Source: Trueperaceae bacterium
GTDB lineage: Bacteria; Deinococcota; Deinococci; Deinococcales; Trueperaceae
Assembly: GCA_965213705.1 (NCBI GenBank)
Contig: OZ243913.1
Span: 2,592,001-2,656,000 of the forward strand
DNA: 64,000 nt
Reading direction: 5' to 3'
In this document: one piece after another, positions 1 through 11,347 of the stretch
Layout of the letters: each line of letters opens with the position of its first letter
Numbering within the stretch: position 1 is the stretch's first letter
The notes under the pieces: generated by a model
Databases searched by the model: none
Seen by the model: the letters and a program-made list of their open reading frames with translations, nothing else
Told to the model about the DNA's origin: nothing
Program-made: the position numbers and the translations under genes

Positions 1-321
1 GGCGATAAGGTAAAACGCGAACATGCCGAGCAGCACTTCGCGCCAACTCACGCCTTCGAAGAGAGGCTGCATCCCCGGATAAGTGACCGGCAGCGAGGCA
101 GGCAGCGTTAAAAAAATAGCGACGACGAGGCTGCGCTTGCGAATGGGGATGCCGCGCAGGTTCATCATCACGCTGTACTCCTGCATCGCCAACAGCGAGA
201 TGACGAGGTAAGCGGGCGCGAGCAGCGGCAGCCCGACCCACATCACGAGCAAAATCCCCAGAAAGGCCACAAAGGCGAACACGATGCGGTCGTAGGGCGC
301 GGGCAGGGTCCGGGTCATCAT
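1..321 (-). CDS. cdsA: Phosphatidate cytidylyltransferase, 5' part (runs off the window start)
   Basis: Manual translation from ATG 321: MMTRTLPAPYDRIVFAFVAFLGILLVMWVGLPLLAPAYLVISLLAMQEYSVMMNLRGIPIRK..., a hydrophobic membrane protein in the classic rpsB-tsf-pyrH-frr-cdsA order. Confidence 0.8.
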   Translation of the reverse strand, partial: MMTRTLPAPYDRIVFAFVAFLGILLVMWVGLPLLAPAYLVISLLAMQEYSVMMNLRGIPIRKRSLVVAIFLTLPASLPVTYPGMQPLFEGVSWREVLLGMFAFYLIA

Positions 322-364
322 GAGGATGAGGCGTGAAACTGCCCGACTATACCACCTTGAGTTT

Positions 365-393
365 TTGCAGACGCAGACGTGGGTCGGTAGGCT
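365..393 (+). promoter_or_regulatory. Putative sigma70 promoter TTGCAG-N17-TAGGCT pointing into the structured intergenic element
   Basis: TTGCAG 365-370, 17-nt spacer, TAGGCT 388-393; predicted start ~397-400 coincides with the 5' arm of the closing stem. Confidence 0.45.
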
Positions 394-396
394 GCG

Positions 397-651
397 AAAA
401 AGCGGGAGGACTCGAGCCTTCAGCTCGTCTCAGGCTTGCCGAGATACAACCACTATTGAATCTGCCTCACGACAAGAGGCGCGGGCTTTGTGGCCGCGAG
501 GATTCTGAACGGGACATAACGCGAACGTCTCAACCTCTTCCAGAGGTGCCGCTTTTTAAGCTGAGGCGTCCCCGAAGTCGCCAGGACTTTATCCAAATAG
601 GGGTCACCAAAAGGCCTCGGTCCTAGTGTCAAGAGCCGAGGCCTTTTGGTG
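397..651. ncRNA. Candidate structured non-coding RNA of unknown family
   Basis: Closing stem AAAAAGCGG 397-405 / CCGCTTTTT 549-557 encloses 6-7 short helices, followed by a terminator hairpin; no credible ORF. Confidence 0.55.
605..651. terminator. Bidirectional intrinsic terminator
   Basis: Perfect 16-bp inverted repeat CACCAAAAGGCCTCGG / CCGAGGCCTTTTGGTG with a T-run on both strands, 27 nt past the frr stop. Confidence 0.85.
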
Positions 652-677
652 CCGGAATGCGCCTACACCGCCGTTTT

Positions 678-1232
678 CTAAACCGCCATAATGTCTTCTT
701 CTTTGCTCTTGACGCGGTCGTCCACACGGGTGACGAAGTCGTCGGTGAGTTTTTGGATGTCGCCGCCGCCCGTCCTCACGTCGTCTTCGGTCAACAGGTT
801 CTCTTTCTGCATTTCTTTGAGTTCGTCGTTGGCGTCGCGGCGAATGTTGCGCAGGCCGACTTTGGCCTCTTCCGCCATATTTTTGACCGTGCGCATCAGG
901 TCGCGCCGCCGCTCGTCGTTGAGCTGCGGCACGCTGATAAAGACGTTGTCGCCCCGGTTGTTGGGGTTGAAGCCCAAATCGCTCTCCTGGACGGCTTTTT
1001 CGATGTCTTTCAGGATGCTCTTGTCAAAGGGTGTAATCACCAGGGTGCGCGGGTCGGGGCTCGAGACCGACGCCACTTGGTTCAGCGGCATGTTCGACCC
1101 GTAGTAGTTAATCGTGACCCGGTTGAGCACGGCCGGGTTGGCCCGCCCGGTGCGCACCGCGCCGATATTTTGCTCGAACGCGTCCAAAGACTTTTGCATC
1201 CGCTCGCGCGCTTCTTTAACGACGGTTTTCAT
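678..1232 (-). CDS. frr: Ribosome recycling factor
   Basis: RTGRANP, YYG..PLNQVA and RNIRRDAN motifs; synteny. Confidence 0.98.
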   Translation of the reverse strand: MKTVVKEARERMQKSLDAFEQNIGAVRTGRANPAVLNRVTINYYGSNMPLNQVASVSSPDPRTLVITPFDKSILKDIEKAVQESDLGFNPNNRGDNVFISVPQLNDERRRDLMRTVKNMAEEAKVGLRNIRRDANDELKEMQKENLLTEDDVRTGGGDIQKLTDDFVTRVDDRVKSKEEDIMAV

Positions 1233-1331
1233 GGGTTTCCTCCTACAAACTGTCCCGAAAAAGTATACCTGGTAGAAAATAAAAGATTTAGTTTTTGGTT
1301 GTCGGTTCTCAAACTAAATCTTTTTTACCTC

Positions 1332-2674
<1,343 letters not shown>

Positions 2675-2749
2675 AAAAGTTTCCTTTCAAAAAAGGTGTG
2701 CAGGTAAAAGCGGCACCCGGGCCGGCGCGTCGCGCCGCTTTCACCTTTT

Positions 2750-3619
2750 TTACTCGTCGGTGGCGTCAGCCAGGTCGGCGTCGTCCGTATCGGCTCCGGC
2801 GCCGGCGTCCTCTTCAAAGTCGCTGCCGCCCCGCTTGGCCGCCATAGCGATAGTCTGCTCAGGGGAAGACAGGGGCGTCGGCAAGGTCTCACGGTCTTCG
2901 TCGCCGGACAGGTCCGCACGTTCGGGCGCACCTTCCGACCCGCCACGCACCTCGACGATCAAGTCGGACAGTCGCGCCGTCACGAGTTGAATAGAGCGTA
3001 TCGCGTCGTCGTTGCCGGGAATGATGTAGTCGAGCACGTCCGGGTCGCTGTCGGTGTCCGCGAGGGCTACGGTAGGAATGCCCAACTTGTTGGCTTCTTT
3101 GACGGCGATGTCCTCTTTGGTCGGGTCGATGATAAAGAGCGCGTCGGGCAAGCGGCTCATGCTTTTGAGGCCGCCCAAGTACCGCTGCAAACGCAACATC
3201 TCTTTGCCCAAGTCAATTTGCTCTTTTTTGCTGTAGCGCAAAATGGACTCGTCTTCGAACATTTTCTCCAACAGCTTCAAGCGCTCGACCCGGGTGCGAA
3301 TCGTCTTGAAGTTGGTCAGCAGCCCGCCCAACCAGCGCTCGTTGATAAAGGGCATCCCGCAACGCTTCGCTTCGGCGGCCAAAATTTCTTGCGCTTGCTT
3401 CTTGGTGCCGACGAACAGGATGGTACCGCCCCTGGCCGCCACGTTTTTCAAGAAGTCCAACGCTTTCTCGGACTCTACAAGCGTTTTTTGCAGGTCGATA
3501 ATGAAAATACCGTTGCGCTCCGCGAAGATGTAGCGCTTCATTTTGGGGTTCCAGCGCTTCGTTTCGTGTCCAAAATGCACGCCGGCTTCTAAGAGCTGCT
3601 TCATTCCAAGGTACGACAT
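2750..3619 (-). CDS. rpsB: 30S ribosomal protein S2 (start moved to ATG 3619; acidic C-terminal tail)
   Basis: [13 protein letters not shown] and [11 protein letters not shown] motifs; GGAGG RBS before ATG 3619. Confidence 0.98.
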   Translation of the reverse strand: MSYLGMKQLLEAGVHFGHETKRWNPKMKRYIFAERNGIFIIDLQKTLVESEKALDFLKNVAARGGTILFVGTKKQAQEILAAEAKRCGMPFINERWLGGLLTNFKTIRTRVERLKLLEKMFEDESILRYSKKEQIDLGKEMLRLQRYLGGLKSMSRLPDALFIIDPTKEDIAVKEANKLGIPTVALADTDSDPDVLDYIIPGNDDAIRSIQLVTARLSDLIVEVRGGSEGAPERADLSGDEDRETLPTPLSSPEQTIAMAAKRGGSDFEEDAGAGADTDDADLADATDE

Positions 3620-3745
3620 GTTGCCTCCAGGGCGGGACGTTGAGTTGAAAGTGATTTGCGGTTGTCCTTGTTGGGGGCGCAGACATCCCGCTGCTGCGCC
3701 GACAGGCAAACGCCCTAGTATATACGCCCGACCCGAACCTGGCAA
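3620..3745 (-). promoter_or_regulatory. rpsB promoter (TTGCCA-N17-TATACT) and structured 5' leader
   Basis: Minus-strand TTGCCA 3745-3740 and TATACT 3722-3717; leader segment GCGGGATGT can pair with ACGTCCCGC next to the RBS. Confidence 0.65.
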
Positions 3746-3820
3746 TTACCTGCGCGACCCGGTCGGGGTACGGTCTCTACGGAAGTCGGGTGCTGCGTTT
3801 GGAGGTAAACTTTAGCCGTC

Positions 3821-4054
3821 ATGAATTTTGAAATCGTCGGCCCTATAAACGACATTAAAATTATCGTGAAAGGTCGCGGTATTCGGGAATTGGCACGTTT
3901 GAACAAACAGTACGGAAAGGGACGCTGGCGCAAACTCAAAGGTGATGCCACAGTTGTCTTAGCCGACGGTAGCGCAATAGCTGTCGAGCTGCATTGGTAC
4001 GAGGCCAATGGCATAGGCCGCCGAGAGTTCAAAATCAAACGGTATTTAGAGTAG
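3821..4054 (+). CDS. Basic 77-aa hypothetical protein, putative toxin of a TA-like pair
   Basis: G.WRKLKG...ELHWYEA.GIGR.E.KIK motif; AT-richer than the backbone; paired with the next ORF. Confidence 0.8.
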   Translation: MNFEIVGPINDIKIIVKGRGIRELARLNKQYGKGRWRKLKGDATVVLADGSAIAVELHWYEANGIGRREFKIKRYLE

Positions 4055-4063
4055 AATGCAGAC

Positions 4064-4288
4064 ATGAAAGCTGATACGACATTTGCTGTTTGCGTTCGAA
4101 ACAAAGGCTATCCTGCTTCACTCGAGTTGCACAAAATTTATCGAGTGTTACCCAGTGCAGAAAGTGCGAAACACCAGATGATACGTGTCATCGACGAGTC
4201 GGGAGAAGACTATTTGTACCCCGCTGACTACTTTATGGCGGTTCGGCTTCCCAAACCGGTTCAAGAAGCTTTGTTACAAGCAGCTTAA
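4064..4288 (+). CDS. 74-aa hypothetical protein, putative antitoxin partner
   Basis: SLELHKIYRV...IRVIDESGEDYLYP..YF motif; leaderless geometry TAGAAT-N6-ATG. Confidence 0.8.
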   Translation: MKADTTFAVCVRNKGYPASLELHKIYRVLPSAESAKHQMIRVIDESGEDYLYPADYFMAVRLPKPVQEALLQAA

Positions 4289-4779
4289 CTTGTTGCAACG
4301 TCGGCCTCGGCCATCAAACGATGAAGTGCGGTGCGGATAGCGTCGCGTGTCTCGCCGTGTTTCTTTTCGCTGAAAGCAACCTCGAGAGACTTTCTCTCCT
4401 CAGCCGGATAGCGGTCGAAAGGACCCTTGCGCAGCGCGTCGTCCTCCCAAACGTAACGCGCCCGCACGTGAGCGTGCAAAAACGGGTCGTAGTTGCCGTA
4501 AACGCTGTAGTTCATGCGCAGGGGTTTACAAACTTCCAGCACCGCCTGACCGAGCAGGCTCATGTCGCGCAAAAAGGTGAGGCGTGCCGCGAGGTCCAAC
4601 GCTTCCAAACTCTCCACGATGGGATAAGAAATCAGCAGCGCGTAACCGGGCAGGAGTTGATAGTCGCCCATCACCGCAAACCCGCTTTGCATCCGCGTGA
4701 TGAGCGTCGGGTTTTCACCGAGTCGCGACGCTTCAAGCCGCCCTTCAATCCCTTGAGCTTTCCACTCTTCCCAGGTCAT
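4285..4779 (-). CDS. HIT-like hydrolase (diadenosine tetraphosphate hydrolase family)
   Basis: GDYQLLPGY and NYSVYGNYDPFLHAHV motifs. Confidence 0.75.
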   Translation of the reverse strand: MTWEEWKAQGIEGRLEASRLGENPTLITRMQSGFAVMGDYQLLPGYALLISYPIVESLEALDLAARLTFLRDMSLLGQAVLEVCKPLRMNYSVYGNYDPFLHAHVRARYVWEDDALRKGPFDRYPAEERKSLEVAFSEKKHGETRDAIRTALHRLMAEADVATS

Positions 4780-4795
4780 AAAGTTCCCTTAGCCG

Positions 4796-5263
4796 TCACC
4801 ACGTGTCCCCACCCGACGGCGGCGGCCAAATCCCGATGAGCTGCCGCAGCAAGACGATTTTACCGAGGTGGTAGCTGTTGTGAGAGAGGAGGGTCTCGAG
4901 CAAACTCCGCACCGTGTACTTGCCGACCGGTTCGTCCAGTTTCTCAACGTCCGACGCGAGCGCGATAGCCTGGTTGAGGCCCGTCGAAAAGCGCCGGACC
5001 AACTCGCGCGCTTCGGCAACGTCCGCAGGTGCGTGACGGTCGGGCCAGGTTTCAGCGGCATGGTCGGGGTTTGAGCGCTCGACACCGCGCACCTCTTCCA
5101 GGATAAAGTCTTGCCACCACACCAGGTGCCACAACTCTTCGTAAATGCTGTGCGGGGCCACGTCCGGGCGCACGCCGAGTTGTTTGAGTTCGACGCCCTC
5201 CAACACGCTGCGCGCCCGCGCGTGCGCGCCTTCGCCGGTGAGGAGCGTGGGCAGGGCGCTCAC
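4796..5263 (-). CDS. DinB family protein (start probably GTG 5263)
   Basis: HSIYEELWHL and HNSYHLGKIV His-ligand motifs. Confidence 0.85.
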   Translation of the reverse strand: MSALPTLLTGEGAHARARSVLEGVELKQLGVRPDVAPHSIYEELWHLVWWQDFILEEVRGVERSNPDHAAETWPDRHAPADVAEARELVRRFSTGLNQAIALASDVEKLDEPVGKYTVRSLLETLLSHNSYHLGKIVLLRQLIGIWPPPSGGDTW

Positions 5264-5273
5264 GCGGCCCCGG

Positions 5274-8200
5274 TCACGCGGCTTCAAGCTCGAGCGGGGC
5301 GAACAGGTCTTGCAAGTCGTCCTGGCTGAGACCCGAGGCGGTCGCCAAGCTGCCCTCCAAAATGCCCTGCACGAGCGCCGCCTTACGCTCTTGCAGTTTG
5401 AGGATTTTTTCTTCGATGGAGCCCGTGGTGATGAGCTTGTAGACGAACACCGCCTTGTCCTGCCCTATGCGGTGAGCGCGGTCGGTCGCCTGGTTTTCGG
5501 CCGCCGGGTTCCACCAGGGGTCGTAGTGGATGACCGTGTCGGCGGCGGTGAGGTTCAGGCCCACGCCACCCGCCTTGAGGGTGATGAGAAAAACTTGCGC
5601 GTCGCCCTGTTGAAAAGCCTCGATTTGTTCGGCGCGGTCGCGCGTTTGCCCGGTGAGCATCGCGTACTTGACGCCGAGCTTGGTGAGCGTGTCCTCGAGC
5701 AGCCCCAGCAGCGTCGCAAACTGCGAGAAGATGAGCACTTTGCGACCCTCTTCGAGCATACTCGGCAAGACGTCTTTGAGCCACTCGAGCTTGGCCGAGG
5801 AAGTGACGTTTTTCGCGCCCGACACCTTGACGAGGCGCGGGTCGCAGCAGGCCTGACGCAGTTTTAAGAGCGCGTCCAAGATCATGATTTGGCTGCGCGC
5901 CAGGCCTTGTTTGCCGACCTCGTCGCGCACGCGCTCGCTCATGGCGACGCGCAGCGTTTCGTAGAGGTCGCGCTGCGCCCCGGACAGTTCGATGGGCACG
6001 ACGATTTCGGACTTGGGCGGGAGTTCCTTGGCGACCTCGGCCTTGGCGCGGCGCAGGATAAAGGGCCGCACCCGCCCGGCGAGCTGGCGCTGCCTCGCCT
6101 CGTCCCCCCCACGTTCGATGGGCGTGCGGTAGAGCTGCCGGAACTGGTCGGCCTTGCCCAAAAACCCCGGCATCAGAAAGTGAAACAGCGACCACAGCTC
6201 GCCCAAGTGGTTCTCGAGCGGCGTGCCCGACAAACACAGCCGCCCCTCGGCCCGCAGCGCGGCGACGGCCTTGAAGGTCGAGCTTTTCGGGTTTTTCACG
6301 TACTGCGCCTCGTCGAGGGCGAGCAGGTGAAAGCTCTGCTTTTTGAGCACGTCGACGTCGCGCACAATTAACGGGTAAGTGGTGAGGACGAGGTCGTAGT
6401 CGCCGAGCTTGCTAAAATGTTGTTTGCGGTCTTTGCCGTGCAGCACCAGCGTTTTCAGACCGGGGGCGAAGCGCTTGGCCTCGGCGTGCCAGTTGTGGAC
6501 GACGCTCGTCGGCGCGACCACGAGCGAGGGCTTGTCGGCGCGGCCCGCCTCTTTCTCCAGCAACAGGTGCGCCAGGGTTTGCAGCGTTTTGCCCAAACCC
6601 ATGTCGTCGGCGAGGACGCCGTTCAACCCGTACTCGCGCAAAAACTGGAGCCAGGCGAGGCCCTGCTGCTGGTAAGGGCGCAGGCTCGCGCGCAGGCCGG
6701 TCGGCGGCGCGACCTCGGCAATGCCCGTAAAGTCTAAGAGTTTTCGCCCCAGTTCGCGCAGCCGCTCACCGCCGTGCCAGCGCAGGGCGAGGGCTTGTTC
6801 CAGTTCTAACAACCGCGCCGCGTCCAACAGCGGCAGCTTGAGGGCGTCGTCCAGCGAGGCATTTTTGAGGTACAGCTCGAGCAACACCGTGAGAATCGCC
6901 CGCACCCGGTGGACCGGCAAGGCGAGCTGTTTGCCCTCGTAAGGCACCAGAACCGCCTCGTCGTCGGGCAAGGCGGCGAGCGCTTCGGTCGACAACATCT
7001 GCGGGTAGGTGCGCAGCATCGTGACTAAGAGCGGGATGAGCGACACCTTTTTGCCGTCCACGGTCACGCCGAGTTCCAGGCCGAACCAGCCCTCGTCACT
7101 GTCCTCGACCGCGCCGTACCAGCCCTCGGGGTGAACGACCCGGTAGCGGAAACTTTCGTCGAAGCGCACCTCCCAGCCCTGCCTTTGCAGCGCCGGCAGC
7201 GTGTCGGTGACGAAGGCCAGCCAGCGTTCCGACAGCGTTTTTTCGTCGCCCAACAGCGTAAAGTGGTGCCGTTTATTGTCGGGCGTGTGAAGCGAAAAAT
7301 GCCCGACCGGCGCGAAGCCGTGGGTCAGAAGCTGCTTCTCCGCCCGGCGCTCGGCGCGCTCGTCGCGGTCGACAAGGTACAGGGTGCCGTTTTCGTACAC
7401 GCTCAGCGGCGACCCTTTTTGGGTGGCGGGAACGGTGTACGCACCGTAAGTGAACGCAAGCGCTGCGGTGTCGGTCTTGCGTTCGCCGCTGCCGTACCAG
7501 GTGGGCAGCTCGAGCGACTGCAGGGTGAGCCGCGGCGTGCAGGGCAGAGGTTCGCGTTTGACGGCGAGCGGCTGCGGGGCGGGTAGCCCGGGGCCGAGGT
7601 CCCGAAACACCTCTTCGAAGCGCGGCAGGTCCGCCGGGGCGACGGGCGGGCAGCTCAAAAACACCTCGACCTGTTCCGGGGGCCGGTCGGGCTCGACGGT
7701 TCCCAGTTCGCCCTTCTCCACGTCGACGTAAAGCGGCGGGCTCAGCGGCAGCACGACCTCGGCGGCGGGCGTCGTCTCTAAAAACGTTTCTTGCACCCCG
7801 TCGGGCCGAACCCGCCAGGCGAGGGCGGCGGGGCGGGTGGAGCCGGGTTTCAGGGGCGCGTTGCCGACCCCTTCCCAAAAAGCGCGCTCGGTCGCCAACA
7901 GACGCGCCACGAGTTGCCCGGTCAACTCGCCGCTCTCCAACTCGTACTGCGCGCGGTCGAAGCCGTAGCCGGAACTCGAGCACACCCGGATGAGTTTGAG
8001 GATTTCCAACTCGGCCTTCGCGTACTGCGGCAGCGCGTTGGCGTTGTAGGCCCCGGCGAAGGGCTTGACGTCTTTGAACGAGCCGCTTTTTGAGGAGCGA
8101 CCCGCCTGCAGCTCGAGCAGCACCCGGCGGCGACCATGCGCGTCGCGCTGCAGGGACAGCACGTAAAGCAGGCGGTGGTTGGTGCTGAAGCCGGCGCGCG

Positions 8201-8597
8201 GGGCGCTGCTCCGCGCCCGCGCCAGCCAAGCGTCGAGTTCGCGGGGCAGCGGCGGCGGGGCCAGCGGCGTCGTGCGGGACGCGTTTGAAAGGACCACACG
8301 CCCCGCATCCTCACCCCGCAGCGAACCCCGCTCGAACGCCTCGACGAGGAGCGCCGCGACGTGTTTGCAGTTGTAGCCGACCGGGCAACTGCACTCGCCG
8401 TCGATAACGACTTCGTCGCCGTCACGCTCCAACTCGATTTCTTGCAGGTAGGTTTCCGTGCTCGAGCCGCGCACCTTGCCGAACACAAAGCGGTCTTCGA
8501 CGTGAAACGCCAACACCTTGCCCTCGCGCCTTAGGGCGTGCGCGCGGGCGAGGACGGCGGACGAGAACTCTTTCAGCAAATGGTCCAGCTCGAGCAC
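5274..8597 (-). CDS. SWIM zinc-finger SNF2-family helicase
   Basis: CSCPVGYNCKH SWIM motif; LADDMGLGKT, DEAQ and QATDRAHRIGQ helicase motifs. Confidence 0.95.
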   Translation of the reverse strand: MLELDHLLKEFSSAVLARAHALRREGKVLAFHVEDRFVFGKVRGSSTETYLQEIELERDGDEVVIDGECSCPVGYNCKHVAALLVEAFERGSLRGEDAGRVVLSNASRTTPLAPPPLPRELDAWLARARSSAPRAGFSTNHRLLYVLSLQRDAHGRRRVLLELQAGRSSKSGSFKDVKPFAGAYNANALPQYAKAELEILKLIRVCSSSGYGFDRAQYELESGELTGQLVARLLATERAFWEGVGNAPLKPGSTRPAALAWRVRPDGVQETFLETTPAAEVVLPLSPPLYVDVEKGELGTVEPDRPPEQVEVFLSCPPVAPADLPRFEEVFRDLGPGLPAPQPLAVKREPLPCTPRLTLQSLELPTWYGSGERKTDTAALAFTYGAYTVPATQKGSPLSVYENGTLYLVDRDERAERRAEKQLLTHGFAPVGHFSLHTPDNKRHHFTLLGDEKTLSERWLAFVTDTLPALQRQGWEVRFDESFRYRVVHPEGWYGAVEDSDEGWFGLELGVTVDGKKVSLIPLLVTMLRTYPQMLSTEALAALPDDEAVLVPYEGKQLALPVHRVRAILTVLLELYLKNASLDDALKLPLLDAARLLELEQALALRWHGGERLRELGRKLLDFTGIAEVAPPTGLRASLRPYQQQGLAWLQFLREYGLNGVLADDMGLGKTLQTLAHLLLEKEAGRADKPSLVVAPTSVVHNWHAEAKRFAPGLKTLVLHGKDRKQHFSKLGDYDLVLTTYPLIVRDVDVLKKQSFHLLALDEAQYVKNPKSSTFKAVAALRAEGRLCLSGTPLENHLGELWSLFHFLMPGFLGKADQFRQLYRTPIERGGDEARQRQLAGRVRPFILRRAKAEVAKELPPKSEIVVPIELSGAQRDLYETLRVAMSERVRDEVGKQGLARSQIMILDALLKLRQACCDPRLVKVSGAKNVTSSAKLEWLKDVLPSMLEEGRKVLIFSQFATLLGLLEDTLTKLGVKYAMLTGQTRDRAEQIEAFQQGDAQVFLITLKAGGVGLNLTAADTVIHYDPWWNPAAENQATDRAHRIGQDKAVFVYKLITTGSIEEKILKLQERKAALVQGILEGSLATASGLSQDDLQDLFAPLELEAA

Positions 8598-8656
8598 AAA
8601 AACCTCGATTCGATGCTTTGGGCAGCCTTTTTGGGCGGGGGGGCGGAGGGAGAAAA

Positions 8657-8701
8657 GTTCTTAGTTTTTAGTTCTTAGTCTAAGAACTAAAAACTAAGAA
8701 C
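8657..8701. repeat. Perfect 22-bp palindrome built from GTTYTTA heptamers
   Basis: GTTCTTAGTTTTTAGTTCTTAG-T-CTAAGAACTAAAAACTAAGAAC. Confidence 0.9.
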
Positions 8702-8760
8702 AACCAAAAAAGCCCTCTTCGCTCGCACCTCAATCTTCCCAGCATACGCGCTCTCGAACG

Positions 8761-9810
<1,050 letters not shown>

Positions 9811-9825
9811 TCACCACGAACCGCC

Positions 9826-10371
9826 TCAAGCATAAAACAGCCTGACGAGTTTTTCTAAATCATCCTTTGCCGCCTCGCTGTTCGCGAGGCGCTCGAGCAA
9901 GGCGGCAGGCGCAACCCACTCCGCACTGACAAAATCGGCTTCGTTGTAGTTCGGCGTTTCGTTTTGCCGTATTTCAAAGACTTTCATAAAGGCCGACAAG
10001 CCGTGCTCCACCGGGTTCAGGTAGCCCAGCTCCGAGTAACCGACCTCCGTAACGTCGAGGTTCAACTCCTCACCCGCCTCCCTGAGAAAAGCGGCTTCGT
10101 AGGTTTCACCTGCTTCCACGTGTCCCCCGACGCTCATGTCCAGGCAGAGGGGAAACGCCGATTTTGACGCTGAGCGCCTGGGAAGCCACAACTCGCCCTT
10201 TTCGTTGACGACAAAGGCGTTGACGACCCTTACCCAACGCGCCTTCGTCCGCCACGCTTCCGCACGCGAGACGGTTCCGGAAACGGTGTCGGTATTGTCT
10301 ACCAGCTCCAAGATTTCGCCGTGTTCCGCTCTCACCTGGGCCGCTTCCGAGTCCTTCTGCCAAATTGACAC
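9826..10371 (-). CDS. NUDIX hydrolase (IPP-isomerase/YfcD-like)
   Basis: GGHVEAGETYEAAFLREAGEELN Nudix box. Confidence 0.9.
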   Translation of the reverse strand: MSIWQKDSEAAQVRAEHGEILELVDNTDTVSGTVSRAEAWRTKARWVRVVNAFVVNEKGELWLPRRSASKSAFPLCLDMSVGGHVEAGETYEAAFLREAGEELNLDVTEVGYSELGYLNPVEHGLSAFMKVFEIRQNETPNYNEADFVSAEWVAPAALLERLANSEAAKDDLEKLVRLFYA

Positions 10372-10393
10372 AAATATGTCGCACCTCTATACT
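10365..10393 (+). promoter_or_regulatory. Consensus sigma70 promoter of vapBC
   Basis: TTGACA 10365-10370, 17-nt spacer, TATACT 10388-10393. Confidence 0.8.
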
Positions 10394-10399
10394 GAATCT

Positions 10400-10651
10400 A
10401 GGGGAACTAGGACGACGGTACGGCTCGACGAAACCCTCATGAAAAAGGTCAAACACTACGCCGTCGAGCATAACAAGACGCTCGCCAAGGTTATCGAAGA
10501 GGCGTTGCGTGACAAGCTCGAGGCTAATACTAAAACCAGTTATGAACCTTTCCTGCCCGTTGTTTCGTTAGGAGGACCGAAACCTGGGGTCGATTTGAGC
10601 AACAACTCCCTGTTACAAGACATTATGGACGGACTCGTTGACCCTTCCTGA
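10400..10651 (+). CDS. Ribbon-helix-helix VapB-type antitoxin (start codon anomalous)
   Basis: RTTVRLDETLMKKVK...TLAKVIEEAL and PGVDL motifs; overlaps vapC. Confidence 0.8.
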   Translation, partial: RGTRTTVRLDETLMKKVKHYAVEHNKTLAKVIEEALRDKLEANTKTSYEPFLPVVSLGGPKPGVDLSNNSLLQDIMDGLVDPS

Positions 10652-11066
10652 CGTCAACGTTCTCGTTTATGCTCACAAGCGGGACTCCCCACGTCACGAA
10701 GAATACTTGGCTTACCTCACCAGCCTGGTAGAAAACGAACCCTTTGCCCTTGCCCACATCATCCTCAGCGGGTTTGTTCGCGTCACGACGAGTCCCAAAA
10801 TAATGAAGCCGCCTTCGACGCTCACGGAAGCCCTAGCATTCTCAGAGGGTTTGAGAGAACGTAAAAACTGTACGGTTATCGCGCCGGGGTCGTCACATTG
10901 GGTTATCTTCACCGACCTTTGCAAGCAGACAAACGCTCGAGGCAATGACGTCACCGACGCCTACCTCGCCGCCCTGACGATTGAGCACGGTTGCGAGTTC
11001 GTCACGGCCGACAAAGGCTTCGCGCGCTTTCCGGGGTTGAGGTGGCGGCATCCACTCGGGAGCTGA
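10638..11066 (+). CDS. vapC: PIN-domain VapC toxin
   Basis: LPDVNVLVYA, GNDVTDAYLAA and TADKGFARF motifs. Confidence 0.92.
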   Translation: MTLPDVNVLVYAHKRDSPRHEEYLAYLTSLVENEPFALAHIILSGFVRVTTSPKIMKPPSTLTEALAFSEGLRERKNCTVIAPGSSHWVIFTDLCKQTNARGNDVTDAYLAALTIEHGCEFVTADKGFARFPGLRWRHPLGS

Positions 11067-11347
11067 CTGCTGTTTACAGGCCTACGAAACAGCCGAGTCT
11101 CGTCAGGAAAATTGTCAAGCCGTAAATGTCTCTGAGGGCGACGTCTGCGCCACAGTTCGGCAGCACGTCAACCCTTTCCAGTAATAAAAACTGTATGAAA
11201 CCTCATGGCCCAGGGCACTCGAGAAGTCGGCCGCGTCCGCTATGACGACGTCAAGCTTTCATCAAAACCTGTGGGACTGCAAGTTACTTTATTCACAACA
11301 ATGATATGCGTGAAATTTTTGTTGCTTTTCAACCGTTCCCAATTTGG

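Noticed and set aside
397..557. Retron msr-msd, lysine riboswitch or T-box interpretation of the structured spacer
   Set aside because: No reverse transcriptase nearby and no long msd hairpin; riboswitch and T-box consensus motifs not matched
320..626. Small ORFs 320-508 and 333-626 in the frr-cdsA spacer
   Set aside because: No convincing RBS or protein-like composition; the region is better explained by RNA structure
3620..3745. N-terminal extensions in the ORF track for rpsB (also metX, guaA, the BTAD gene and 12922-13569)
   Set aside because: Extensions cover promoters or neighbouring genes; downstream starts with RBS or family-typical N-termini fit better
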